The notes under the pieces are model-generated. The model searched no databases. It was not told the DNA's origin and worked only from the letters and a program-made list of their open reading frames with translations. A program made the translations under genes and the position numbers. A stretch of DNA of 44,841 bases, taken from the IMG/VR virus record IMGVR_UViG_3300009194_000018, positions 1-44,841 of that record; one strand, 5' to 3'. Below, piece after piece: positions 27,844 to 36,828 of this stretch. Source of the stretch: a virus. Taxonomy: Duplodnaviria; Caudoviricetes. How positions within the stretch are numbered: the first letter of the stretch is position 1; the number at the start of each line of letters is the position of its first letter.

Positions 27844-28002
27844 TTATTTCCTTTTTGTTTTAGCAGAATCTTTGAAAGCCTGCGCTGTTGGTGCACCCTT
27901 GGTGCCGGGTTTTCTCATCGTTTCAGCAGGGCGCCCTTCGGCTTTTTGCTTTTCGATACGTTCTCTTTTTAAATGAATATTGGCGTATAGTCCGGGTTTC
28001 AT
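27844..28002 (-). CDS. small basic protein (52 aa, MKPGLYANIHLKRERI...)
   Basis: Read manually; TAATG coupling upstream. Confidence 0.75.
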   Translation of the reverse strand: MKPGLYANIHLKRERIEKQKAEGRPAETMRKPGTKGAPTAQAFKDSAKTKRK

Positions 28003-28277
28003 TAGCAGTTCCAACTTTTCAAAGAAGCTTTAGCGCGTTCTGCAGGCCCTTTAGACTTTGCAACCACGCCCTCCATCCTCGCACAAAAACTTGCTTTACG
28101 GCCCGCGTCTGCCTTGGTCTTAGGGTTTGGCGCGGGTGGTTTCAAGTTTGAATTATTCTTGGCGTTGTACTCAGCACGCCCTTTAGCCGTCATGCCCGCG
28201 CCTTTATCGGTGGGGTTGTACGTCTTGTCTTTTCCCGTTGTCTTACGGGGAATAGGTTTGTCGTGTTCTCGTGCCAT
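28002..28277 (-). CDS. small basic protein (91 aa, RKASFCARM...WNC; DUF6321-like)
   Basis: Late motif and GGAG SD directly upstream. Confidence 0.75.
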   Translation of the reverse strand: MAREHDKPIPRKTTGKDKTYNPTDKGAGMTAKGRAEYNAKNNSNLKPPAPNPKTKADAGRKASFCARMEGVVAKSKGPAERAKASLKSWNC

Positions 28278-28288
28278 AGTCTTGCGCT

Positions 28289-28306
28289 CCTATAGATAAT
28301 TACCCA
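28289..28306 (-). promoter_or_regulatory. late-promoter-like motif copy (TGGGTAATTATCTATAGG)
   Basis: Intergenic, abutting the SD of the 91-aa gene. Confidence 0.75.
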
Positions 28307-28327
28307 CAAAAAAGGGCCGTTATGCCC

Positions 28328-28783
28328 TTAAAGTAAAGCGCATTCGGCCACTCGTCTTTTAACCAAACCGGGCAAAACCTTACCGCCGCCTTTGGTCCAC
28401 AGCATTAACTGCTCCTTGGCACCCTCCCAGTCTTGCGCGTTGATCTTGCGCTTGAGGGTAGAGGTCTGTAATCTGCCTATTCCAAGGTTGTAGCAGAAGT
28501 CCACGATGGCGTTGAGCTTGCGAGAATCACCCTGCGCGGCAAGAACGAGGAGGGTAGGGCATTGACGTATAGCACCGGGCGCGTAGGTATGGAGCAACTC
28601 TGTCATTAAGAGCGCCCTAGCCGTTGGCTCGTCCATGGGGGCGTCTTCTAGGGTCACCTTACGCCCGTCTGCGTAGTAGGTGGACCCATACCCTATGGTG
28701 GCCACATTGGCAGGGCACAGGTAGGGCTTGGCCCTGTACCCCTCAAACCGACGACACAGTTCTGCGGCTAGTTCTAAGTTCAT
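28328..28783 (-). CDS. endolysin, GH24 (T4/P21-like) lysozyme
   Basis: FEG...YLCPANVATIGYG catalytic region, DFCYNLG, STL, LPGLVKRR. Confidence 0.92.
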   Translation of the reverse strand: MNLELAAELCRRFEGYRAKPYLCPANVATIGYGSTYYADGRKVTLEDAPMDEPTARALLMTELLHTYAPGAIRQCPTLLVLAAQGDSRKLNAIVDFCYNLGIGRLQTSTLKRKINAQDWEGAKEQLMLWTKGGGKVLPGLVKRRVAECALL

Positions 28784-28785
28784 AG

Positions 28786-28878
28786 TCAGTTAAAAATGTC
28801 ATACATTGCCCGAACCCAAATTATTGCAAACAAGCCAATGCCAATACCAATTAACAACGAAATAATATCAAACGCCAT
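28786..28878 (-). CDS. 30-aa single-TM peptide in the lysis cassette
   Basis: MAFDIISLLIGIGIGLFAIIWVRAMYDIFN fills the holin-lysin gap exactly. Confidence 0.55.
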   Translation of the reverse strand: MAFDIISLLIGIGIGLFAIIWVRAMYDIFN

Positions 28879-29379
28879 TTACAAACCCCTCTTAGCCAAT
28901 GTACGGTCGAGGAACCAGAAGTTAATGGTTCCGGCCAACAAGGCGGAGAAGTCTGGTGTCATCATTGTCTTGAAAACTTCGATAGGAAGGGCGCCAGCAA
29001 GCCACGCATTCCACGCAAACCAGACGTGAATAAACGACCAGATAAACAACACCCAGTAGGTCACCACAGGGCGCACAGATGCGGATAAAGATGCGGCCCA
29101 CCCACCAGCGGCTTTGACCATGTCCGCCTGCTGTTGAATGGCGCTGTTAAAGGCGTCCATGACACCCACGTCCACCGCGGCTTCTCTGACTGCGCCAATT
29201 TCTGCGAGTTTCTGTGCGCCTCTTAATTGCTCTAAATCGCACTGGCGAGAGAACATTAAAAGTTCATGCTGGCGCTCGTTTTTCTTGTCAAAAAACTTGA
29301 GCACCTCGGGTGCCATGCGGAAGATACCGCCAAAGATAGAGCCTAGTAGGCCACCGCTTAAAATATCAAACATCATCAA
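28879..29379 (-). CDS. putative holin (3TM, GTA-holin-like)
   Basis: SVRPVVTY and FWFLDR motifs with hydrophobic segments, upstream of the lysozyme. Confidence 0.65.
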   Translation of the reverse strand: MMMFDILSGGLLGSIFGGIFRMAPEVLKFFDKKNERQHELLMFSRQCDLEQLRGAQKLAEIGAVREAAVDVGVMDAFNSAIQQQADMVKAAGGWAASLSASVRPVVTYWVLFIWSFIHVWFAWNAWLAGALPIEVFKTMMTPDFSALLAGTINFWFLDRTLAKRGL

Positions 29380-29648
29380 TCCTTACAACTTGGTTTTTTG
29401 TCTTCGTTCTGCATCAACTTGATACCAGACAGGAACCCAATCATGCCGCCGATAAGAGTAGAAAACGCGGGTGAAATCATCTTGAAAATCTCTGCGTTGT
29501 CCACTTCCTTGGCCCACAAACCGAGCATAAAGCTGACCACCATGGCCAACACGGAGATGCACAGGGTCGCGCTTACCATTAGAGTTACCCACAGCGTCAG
29601 CTTTTCCTTCACCTCTATCTGTGGTTTGCGTACCGGTTTCTTTATCAT
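29376..29648 (-). CDS. two-TM membrane protein (90 aa)
   Basis: Two hydrophobic helices; ATGA overlaps on both sides. Confidence 0.7.
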   Translation of the reverse strand: MIKKPVRKPQIEVKEKLTLWVTLMVSATLCISVLAMVVSFMLGLWAKEVDNAEIFKMISPAFSTLIGGMIGFLSGIKLMQNEDKKPSCKD

Positions 29649-29884
29649 ACAAGTTTGTCAATCTCGCGTTTAAGGTTGTTAATCTCAATGTTCATCGTTA
29701 TTTGCTTCATTCTGTATTCGTATATCTCGTACTCATACTGTTGAAACTTTTTTACTGTCTTGTCAATCTGCACCTGCAAAGCGTGTTCGGCGTTTTGCTT
29801 TTCTATGCGTTTGATAAACACATCTTGTTGAGGTGTAACGTGCGGCTGAACGACGGGGTACCACTTGTCGTAGCTGACCTTCAT
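29645..29884 (-). CDS. hypothetical protein (79 aa)
   Basis: ATGA overlaps on both sides. Confidence 0.7.
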   Translation of the reverse strand: MKVSYDKWYPVVQPHVTPQQDVFIKRIEKQNAEHALQVQIDKTVKKFQQYEYEIYEYRMKQITMNIEINNLKREIDKLV

Positions 29885-30171
29885 TTCTTTTCCCTATCAA
29901 GCGCCTCTTTGTAACCATGAATTACTTTAGCCCTGACTTCTGCGGAATCTGCGGACCCGGCCCACTCTGACAAATTGTTCCAGATTACAACCAAGTCTTG
30001 ACTTCTGCAAAACTGTACATTGTTTGTCAACCACATTGACAGTTGTTGGTGTCGTTCTGAAGGGTTGTGAATGGTGTACGCTATCCCGTAAAACTCTCTT
30101 ACGTGACAACCAACTTTGGCTTCAGCACCGACTAATAAACAAATGACCAGTGCTAAAACTACCCATCTCAC
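29881..30171 (-). CDS. exported protein with a signal peptide (96 aa)
   Basis: MRWVVLALVICLLVGAEA signal; two Cys in the mature part. Confidence 0.7.
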   Translation of the reverse strand: MRWVVLALVICLLVGAEAKVGCHVREFYGIAYTIHNPSERHQQLSMWLTNNVQFCRSQDLVVIWNNLSEWAGSADSAEVRAKVIHGYKEALDREKK

Positions 30172-30401
30172 TTGTCCGCCTTGTTGTCCAACTTGTCAAA
30201 GATTTTATTCAACATGTCTTTAATTTCACCAATGGCGTCTTTAAAGTCTTCACGTCGCACAAAGTCTTGGTTGACCTCGCGGTTTAATTCTTTTATCTCA
30301 GATTTGAGATCTTTGATGGCGTCCCAGATTGTTTTCAAGATCCAGCCCCCAAAGGCACCAGACAGCGTGATAGCCGCGTTGAACAGGTCCTGCGAGTCCA
30401 T
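30168..30401 (-). CDS. N-terminal TM plus coiled-coil protein (77 aa)
   Basis: Start MDSQDL by TAATG coupling; FVRREDF motif. Confidence 0.7.
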   Translation of the reverse strand: MDSQDLFNAAITLSGAFGGWILKTIWDAIKDLKSEIKELNREVNQDFVRREDFKDAIGEIKDMLNKIFDKLDNKADK

Positions 30402-32287
30402 TAGAATGAGCCTCCCGAAATGCCTGACCATGTGGGTGCGCTTGCACCGTTAGATGTCAATACCTGACCCGCTGTGCCTGCCGCTGTGTACGCGTGTGCT
30501 GTGCCTGTGCCGTATCCCGCGCCGCCGGCAGTTGCTGTTGCTGTTGAGTTTGTGCCGCCGTTGGCAATAGGCAAAGTGCCGTTTACACCAACAGTTAAAG
30601 AGACAGTGTTCTTTTCCCACAAACTTGTTGCGCTATTCCAGACAATTGTCTGACCAGTGGTTGGGGACTGAGCAGACACATTATGGAGTTCATCAAGCTC
30701 ATATCCATTTTGCACGCTGACAATCAATTTACCTTGCGTTGGGTGGGCGTGGGCAACAATTGCCATGTATACCAAATGCTGTGGTGCATAAGGTTTGGTG
30801 GCCGTTAAAGTTCCTGCCGTAATTGGGCTAAGATAAAGTTGTTGGCCGTCGGTATAAGCTGATGTATTAAGATTAGTAATTAAACCAATTATGGTAACAA
30901 AACCATTAGAGTTGTTCGCTATGTCAGCAGTAATTAAACCTAGAGTTTGTGCCGATGTTGCATCACTTGTAGCTAAAGCTTTGGAAACAGTTGGAATTTG
31001 ACCTGTAGCACCAGAAATATAAACCGCTGTACCTTTGGTAAGAGTTGCACCAGTGGTGTTTCTTACTTGCTCAACTAACACAGATGCAGGAGAAGTTTGT
31101 GATACGGCAAGATCAACAGAACTACCAACTTGCGTAACAATAATAGACGCGTCAGCAGAAGCAATAGTGCCAATTGCACCAAGATTTGTTAACGCAACAC
31201 CAGCAGTTGTTGCGCCCGTGCCGCCGTTTGCAATCGCCACCGTGCCAGTAACGTTAGCCGCGGTGCCTGTTGTGTTTTGATTAAGCGTTGGAACGTCGGC
31301 CGCTTGAATCGTGGCCATCACCACGTTTGTGCCGTTACCACGCAGGTATGAACCGCTGGTAACCGCGCCAGCAAAAGTGTTCATTGCCGCTTGAGCAGTT
31401 GTTTGACCAGAGCCGCCGTTAATGACAGCTACAACACCTGTAACGTTAGCCGCAGTGCCGGTTGTGTTTTGGTTCCACGTTGGGATTGCACCTGCAAGGT
31501 CTGCGTACGCAAGACTTACCGCGCCTATTTGGCCGTTAACCGAAGTGACCGTGTTAGTCTGGTCAATTTTCTGCCAAACAGAACCGTTAAAAATGGCCCA
31601 GTCACCAATTAGCCAGTCTGTGATGCCGTTGAGGTTTGTTGAGCCTGAAACACTGACAATGTAGTAGTTGCCGTTGGTTCCAACGCTGGACGTTAGTGTT
31701 GGTGTGTTTGTTGATGCGTTCCAAGAACCTTGGTACGATAAACCGCCGGTTACATTACCCCACGCTGTTGCGTAGTCAACGCTACTTTGCTTAATCAGCA
31801 CCTGACCTGCTGTACCGCCGGGAACCACACCGGGGCCTGCAGGGCCCACTGGTCCAGAAGGCCCCTGATCGCCGCGGGGGATTGTAAAATTAAAAACCGC
31901 GGCCGACGTTGTGCCCGCGTTAACAACCGAGGCAGAAGACCCGGGAAGCCCCGTTGCTGTGGTGCCCGCTGTGGCTGTTGCCGCCGCGCCAGTGGGGCCT
32001 TGTGGGCCCTGTGGTCCAGCGGGGCCTTGTAATCCCTGTATGCCGGGCACGCCGGGGGTACCTTGTGGGCCTGCGGGGCCGGGAACGCCCTGTGCACCGT
32101 TGGCGCCGGGGGTGCCTGCTATGCCCTGTGGTCCCTGTGGGCCTGCGGGGCCCTGTGGTCCAACGATGCCGTTTTGAAATACCGTGACGGCGGCTTTTTT
32201 AGTGATGCCGTCTTGAACAATAACCGTGACGTCGTTTGCGCCTACAGACGTTGCCGGTGGTAATTGGAGTATGCTTATGTCAGCCAT
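30401..32287 (-). CDS. collagen-repeat fibre protein, 628 aa
   Basis: (GPQ/GPA)n tract, [12 protein letters not shown] and WQKID module, IANGGT repeats, C-terminal ISGGSF. Confidence 0.8.
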   Translation of the reverse strand: MADISILQLPPATSVGANDVTVIVQDGITKKAAVTVFQNGIVGPQGPAGPQGPQGIAGTPGANGAQGVPGPAGPQGTPGVPGIQGLQGPAGPQGPQGPTGAAATATAGTTATGLPGSSASVVNAGTTSAAVFNFTIPRGDQGPSGPVGPAGPGVVPGGTAGQVLIKQSSVDYATAWGNVTGGLSYQGSWNASTNTPTLTSSVGTNGNYYIVSVSGSTNLNGITDWLIGDWAIFNGSVWQKIDQTNTVTSVNGQIGAVSLAYADLAGAIPTWNQNTTGTAANVTGVVAVINGGSGQTTAQAAMNTFAGAVTSGSYLRGNGTNVVMATIQAADVPTLNQNTTGTAANVTGTVAIANGGTGATTAGVALTNLGAIGTIASADASIIVTQVGSSVDLAVSQTSPASVLVEQVRNTTGATLTKGTAVYISGATGQIPTVSKALATSDATSAQTLGLITADIANNSNGFVTIIGLITNLNTSAYTDGQQLYLSPITAGTLTATKPYAPQHLVYMAIVAHAHPTQGKLIVSVQNGYELDELHNVSAQSPTTGQTIVWNSATSLWEKNTVSLTVGVNGTLPIANGGTNSTATATAGGAGYGTGTAHAYTAAGTAGQVLTSNGASAPTWSGISGGSF

Positions 32288-32290
32288 TTT

Positions 32291-32689
32291 TTATGTTACC
32301 TCAAGGTCGCCGGGTGTAGGTGTGCTAGATGTGTTGCCGTACGTTGCGGGGGTCATTGAATTACCCGTGCCATCACCAAGCATGTTAGGGCCTTGGTTAA
32401 TATTAGCCACGTTAGGCGCGTTTGTAATAAGACCCCCCTTGCCCGGAATGGCAACGGAAACATCAGGCCTTGGGTGCCTGAGTGTGATATTTTCGGTTTG
32501 AATAGCCGCCAAGCGCCATGGATCAAACTTATCCAGATCGGCGGGACATACCATAAGTCCGGGCGCGTTCGGGTCTTCCCGAAGCATGGAATACGGTAGT
32601 TTGCGGCTACATCGGTCGCATATCGCAACGGACAGCACAGGCTGTCCGTGCGTATCGCAATAAAGGCCGCCGTAAAAGGCGTTACCCAT
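32291..32689 (-). CDS. CxxC-containing virion-module protein (132 aa)
   Basis: AICDRC...GLMVC...PRPD. Confidence 0.7.
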   Translation of the reverse strand: MGNAFYGGLYCDTHGQPVLSVAICDRCSRKLPYSMLREDPNAPGLMVCPADLDKFDPWRLAAIQTENITLRHPRPDVSVAIPGKGGLITNAPNVANINQGPNMLGDGTGNSMTPATYGNTSSTPTPGDLEVT

Positions 32690-32967
32690 TATCGAACTCC
32701 GGCTTGGATTACAGTAAGCGTAGAGTTAGTGCCGCCAGTTACCTGAATAGCCCGGAAAGGCTGGTTCGCAATAGGGCTGGCGGGCGCTGATACCCAAGTC
32801 ATCACCGGCGCTGTAGGTACAGGGTACCCTTGCGCGTCCAGTGGAAATGGGTCAGTGTAAGAGATCTGAACGGTACCACCGCCGGTGGCAACGTAAGAAA
32901 CGTTGACCGGCGCAATGTACTGGTCGATTGGGACGAGGACGTCCGCTCCAACTGTTACTTGACGCAT
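32689..32967 (-). CDS. hypothetical structural protein (92 aa)
   Basis: AAGGA SD; TAATG coupling. Confidence 0.7.
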   Translation of the reverse strand: MRQVTVGADVLVPIDQYIAPVNVSYVATGGGTVQISYTDPFPLDAQGYPVPTAPVMTWVSAPASPIANQPFRAIQVTGGTNSTLTVIQAGVR

Positions 32968-32975
32968 GCCAGTCC

Positions 32976-33509
32976 TTAGTTGTTGGTGTAGCCAGCGCCG
33001 TAGGCGATGATAGAACCGTCAGGGTTACGCGATGTGTACTGGATGTCAAACGTGCCGGCCAAAGTGCCTGTAATAGCTGTAATGGCTGTTGCGGTGAATG
33101 TGACGGTTGCGTCGTTTGCACCAACGTTGTTCAACACAGTGGCCACTGCCGCGGAGGCTGTAAAGGCAATACCAATACGACCACCAGAGGTTGTTGGGGT
33201 AATTGTGCCGACGTCAACGCCAGCAATCGCCACAGTAATCACGCCACCTGTCAACGCTGAAGGCGCTGAAGTTTGCAGGAAGAAAATGTGGTTAATGATT
33301 GCGCCAGCGGGGACCACGCAAGGGGCCGCTGTGGTTGTACCTACAGCAAACGTAGGAATTGCACCGGCAAGGCGGGTTGCAATAATAGGCTCAATAAAGT
33401 CCTGTTGTGCACACTGGACCGCGCCTGTGTTATCAGGGGCAATTGTGCCGTCGTTTGTGGGGTTGTTGCGCTTAAAAACGCGGATAGGGGTGTTAAAAGT
33501 TACTGACAT
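32976..33509 (-). CDS. putative capsid-associated/decoration protein (177 aa)
   Basis: First gene after the capsid terminator; T/A/G-rich beta protein. Confidence 0.65.
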   Translation of the reverse strand: MSVTFNTPIRVFKRNNPTNDGTIAPDNTGAVQCAQQDFIEPIIATRLAGAIPTFAVGTTTAAPCVVPAGAIINHIFFLQTSAPSALTGGVITVAIAGVDVGTITPTTSGGRIGIAFTASAAVATVLNNVGANDATVTFTATAITAITGTLAGTFDIQYTSRNPDGSIIAYGAGYTNN

Positions 33510-33519
33510 TTTGATTACT

Positions 33520-33586
33520 TTCCATAGAAAGATTACAGCACCGTCTCTATGGCGTCCGCCCGTGAGCCTTACGGGTCGATGCTGAT
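33520..33586 (-). ncRNA. pseudoknotted RNA element downstream of the Mu-gpT-like capsid gene (candidate Mu-gpT-DE-like motif)
   Basis: CAGCAUCG/CGGUGCUG outer stem, CCCGU/ACGGG inner hairpin, CCAUAGA/UCUAUGG pseudoknot. Confidence 0.6.
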
Positions 33587-33593
33587 TAAAGCT

Positions 33594-33611
33594 CTTACAT
33601 AGAATTACCCA
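33594..33611 (-). promoter_or_regulatory. late-promoter-like motif copy (TGGGTAATTCTATGTAAG)
   Basis: Between the capsid terminator and the structured leader. Confidence 0.7.
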
Positions 33612-33618
33612 TATTCAC

Positions 33619-33654
33619 AAACAAAAACGCCCCTCCTTTTCAGGAGAGGCGTTT
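33619..33654 (-). terminator. intrinsic terminator after the major capsid gene
   Basis: AAACGCCTCTCCT-GAAA-AGGAGGGGCGTTT followed by TTGTTT on the - strand. Confidence 0.85.
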
Positions 33655-33691
33655 AGGGTGCCGGGGTCTTTACGCCCGGCTAGGTCTGCGA

Positions 33692-34609
33692 TTACAAACC
33701 GATCGTGCCGTACATATTACGGGGATCGTGCCAACCTGTAGCATAACGCTCAGAGGCCTTGTAACGCATGCTGTCAGTCTCAAAGTCACCTTCAGAGCTA
33801 CGCTCCAAAGGACGACGCATGACCAACATCAAACCGTTTTCAGCGTTAGTCTGAATGAACCAAGCCTTGCTTGAAGACAAACGAGTCACCACGTGGGCGC
33901 CGTTTGGCAACATGCCAGTTGATTTGATAGGGTTCAGATCGTTGTCAGCACCACCGGAACGCAGGACAGACTTCAAGATAACTTCTGCTTGGAATTCCAA
34001 GGCAGGAGGTACCACGAGTTGTTCCGCTTTCAGGCGAATACGCTTACCGTTGTTGTCCACCGCAGAGCGGATTTGGATTAACAACTGTTCCACAGATGTC
34101 TGTGAAAGTGAAGCGGCTGTTGACAGTTGGTTGCTGAAAGTGCGACCTTGGGAGATTGGGTGGTCGTTTGCGATCAATGTTTTACCGTCGCCACCGACAT
34201 AGCCGGCGGTGAACGCAAAGTTCAGCAAGTTTGCACACAATGTCTCTTTTGTCTCGATCATGGACTGAGCCAAGTGCTTCGAGAAAGTCGAGCCGATACG
34301 AATGTGATCGCCGTCTTCCATCAAGACTTTGGTCATGGCGTATGCCAAACCATAGATCTTATAGATGAAACGGGTAATGAACAATGTACCACCTTGGTCA
34401 TACGAAACGGGTGTACCGTCAGGCATCTCAGGGGCTGTGTTCATACCGAACAGCATCACTTCTTCGTGATAGTTGCGGGGAATGCCGGTGATCTGGGTAA
34501 CGAAACCCTTCCACTCGTCATCGCGTTGTTGGTATACACCATCAAAGACTTCATTGAGGATAGGTTCGACTACCGCTCTAAAGTCCGTACTGCGCATTGG
34601 GGTTGCCAT
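33692..34609 (-). CDS. major capsid protein (Mu gpT-like, HK97 fold)
   Basis: GGDGKTL...HP, LVVPPALEF.A..IL, AWFIQT, DFETDSMRYKASERY..GW.DPR; 305 aa followed by a strong terminator. Confidence 0.88.
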   Translation of the reverse strand: MATPMRSTDFRAVVEPILNEVFDGVYQQRDDEWKGFVTQITGIPRNYHEEVMLFGMNTAPEMPDGTPVSYDQGGTLFITRFIYKIYGLAYAMTKVLMEDGDHIRIGSTFSKHLAQSMIETKETLCANLLNFAFTAGYVGGDGKTLIANDHPISQGRTFSNQLSTAASLSQTSVEQLLIQIRSAVDNNGKRIRLKAEQLVVPPALEFQAEVILKSVLRSGGADNDLNPIKSTGMLPNGAHVVTRLSSSKAWFIQTNAENGLMLVMRRPLERSSEGDFETDSMRYKASERYATGWHDPRNMYGTIGL

Positions 34610-34629
34610 GTGCTACTTCCTTTCTTTAG

Positions 34630-35229
34630 TTATTCGACGTTAGCGGCAACGAACGCATCGTTGGCAAGCTTGACTTGTACAACCGTGTATGTATCACCCC
34701 AAGCGTTGTTAATTTCACGGCCGAGACCAGTGACTTGAACTTGTGCTTGTGTGCCTACAGCCACGTCTGTGGTTGCTATCGCGGCAGTTGAAGTGCCCAA
34801 GCCACCGTTGCCGATGATTTGACCAGATGTCACTGCTGTGAAGTTAAATTCCTGTCCCACTTTTGTGTTGGCGAGCGAGCCGTTGGCTTGCACTTCATAC
34901 ACAATTTCTGGGTCCATGAAAATCCACATTACGAGGTCAGTGGCGGTGCCCAAAGCGGGACCAAACCATTTGCTGACAGTACGACGGCCAGAGGCGTCGG
35001 TGTATTCAACACCACCGAACACGCCTGCTAAACGCATGCCTGCTGTGGGTGTGTTGCTTGCTACTACGAGAGTAGATGTGCCTGCAGTCGTTGCTTCATC
35101 AAAGGCGACGGGTGTACCGCTGTAGAATACTGCCGCCGCGTCGTACGCGCCGGTGTAATTCAACGAACGGATAATGCCGCTAGGATGATATACGGGCTTC
35201 AGGCCAAAGGGAGTGTAAGTTGCACTCAT
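34630..35229 (-). CDS. putative capsid cement/minor head protein (199 aa)
   Basis: PFGLKPV, GVFGGVEYTD and DPEIVYEVQ; immediately upstream of the capsid gene. Confidence 0.65.
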   Translation of the reverse strand: MSATYTPFGLKPVYHPSGIIRSLNYTGAYDAAAVFYSGTPVAFDEATTAGTSTLVVASNTPTAGMRLAGVFGGVEYTDASGRRTVSKWFGPALGTATDLVMWIFMDPEIVYEVQANGSLANTKVGQEFNFTAVTSGQIIGNGGLGTSTAAIATTDVAVGTQAQVQVTGLGREINNAWGDTYTVVQVKLANDAFVAANVE

Positions 35230-35250
35230 TTATTGGTTCCTTAAAGTTGT

Positions 35251-35805
35251 TTAACTAAACCGCAGATTATGTGCGGATCTGTGTGCATCTTTTTCCATCT
35301 CCAAGAGGCCACCTTCCAGAATGGAGCGTCCACCTTTACCACCTTCAGCCTGCGAACGAACCTGCGACGTGATGTTGCGCTGGTGTTCCAAAGGATCATC
35401 GTGGTGAAGCATTTTTGCCACTTCCTGATAAATGTCTTCCGGGATCTTGAATAAGATCATCTCATTACAAGATATACAACCTTCAAACTTGCCCGAGCTC
35501 ATCTTGCCTAAGTGTTCAAAGCCTTTTCCTAAGTCGGCGGCTTTCACTGGCTCATAACCCAACGCGATGCGTTTGTCGATTGAATCATACTGGTTTGTCG
35601 TTGACAGCCAGCAGAGGTGCATACCGGGCACTAACCCGCCCGGTACGTCCGGCAGTGCGTTGTTGGACCACTTGGCCCGAAAAGCCTCCAGCCTTTCACG
35701 CTTCACTGCTTCATCTGGCGAGGACATTTCATTCCGCGCCTTGATTTCTTCTACGCGCCCTTGAAGGCGCTCGTCTAAATCTCGTGTAATTCGATTGTTA
35801 GCCAT
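35251..35805 (-). CDS. conserved head-module protein (184 aa)
   Basis: PGMHLCW, GYEPVK, MILFKIP; synteny. Confidence 0.7.
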   Translation of the reverse strand: MANNRITRDLDERLQGRVEEIKARNEMSSPDEAVKRERLEAFRAKWSNNALPDVPGGLVPGMHLCWLSTTNQYDSIDKRIALGYEPVKAADLGKGFEHLGKMSSGKFEGCISCNEMILFKIPEDIYQEVAKMLHHDDPLEHQRNITSQVRSQAEGGKGGRSILEGGLLEMEKDAHRSAHNLRFS

Positions 35806-35815
35806 GTCTTACCCC

Positions 35816-36817
35816 TTATTTCGTTACTCGGTTCTTACGGTCAAAATCTGCGTAGCTTCGGATCGCTTTAGCACGCTTGGATGGGTCATCCCACATTCCT
35901 GCGTCTTTAAGCGCCTGCACGCGGTCTCTGCTCAGTGTGAATGTGTTCTTTACAGCACTACCACTCACGTCTGTGCGACCACTTGAGGTTCCGCTACGGC
36001 GGTTACGGTCTCCGCCTGTTTTGCCCGTGTACCGGTGGGGTAAACGTTCTTTCAATCGATTGTCCAACTCGTCCCAGTACTCTGGGTCGGCTGGATCCCA
36101 ACCTTCGCTTGCCAGCGCATTGTCAACTACCTTGGCAATGCGACTGTCTGTGTCTTTACCGCTTGGATCATACCAACGGTTTGAATGTAACCACTGCGTT
36201 GCGTTTTCCTGAACCACCTCAGTGGCAGGGCTCGGCACGTTGTTACGGGGCTGTTTGGCCTCTTCCAACTGACGCTGTTTAAGCATTTGCACCTGCGCCA
36301 ACTTTGTCTTGGCGTTGTGAAACTGCTCCATGTATTCCATTTGCTCGGCAACGTTACCTGCTTGCGCGGCCTGCGTTGCCTTCATCTTTGCGTACTCAAC
36401 GCGCGTAGACTCGTCTTCCAACAAGCGGTCGATCTGTGCAAACTGGAATCCTACTGCGGCGTTTTCCACTTGGGCCAACCGGCGCTCAAGGGTCTCGTTG
36501 CGGCGTTCCAGCGAACTGATCTTATGCTTTGCGCTAACCTCGCGTTGCTTCGTCAGGTCCTTCTTCAGGCGCCTTTCTTCACGACGCGCGGCTCGAAGGG
36601 CCTCTCTGTCTTCTTCAGTGTCACCCTCAACCTCGCCGCCTTCGGCAAAGCTTTCTGTGTCACCATCACCGTCGTCGTCTGACGCCGATGTGTTATCTTC
36701 TGTGCCCTCAAAGGGGTCAACGTGGTCGTCCATGGCGGCTAACGCACTGCCATCGTCCCGTTCTTTAATGGCGATGTCTTCGCCAGCCTGCATTTCTGCT
36801 TTCATCACTGATTTCAT
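35816..36817 (-). CDS. putative capsid scaffolding protein (333 aa)
   Basis: Acidic N-terminus, long coiled coil, W...N.WY and EYWDELD.RL; between portal and capsid genes. Confidence 0.7.
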   Translation of the reverse strand: MKSVMKAEMQAGEDIAIKERDDGSALAAMDDHVDPFEGTEDNTSASDDDGDGDTESFAEGGEVEGDTEEDREALRAARREERRLKKDLTKQREVSAKHKISSLERRNETLERRLAQVENAAVGFQFAQIDRLLEDESTRVEYAKMKATQAAQAGNVAEQMEYMEQFHNAKTKLAQVQMLKQRQLEEAKQPRNNVPSPATEVVQENATQWLHSNRWYDPSGKDTDSRIAKVVDNALASEGWDPADPEYWDELDNRLKERLPHRYTGKTGGDRNRRSGTSSGRTDVSGSAVKNTFTLSRDRVQALKDAGMWDDPSKRAKAIRSYADFDRKNRVTK

Positions 36818-36828
36818 AACGAAATCCT

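Noticed and set aside
34380-34405. YDQGGTL in the major capsid protein as another GG signal
   Set aside because: It lies inside the capsid fold, so it is probably a chance match; it shows the motif alone can give false positives. GroES KYGG and SKGG are likewise family motifs.
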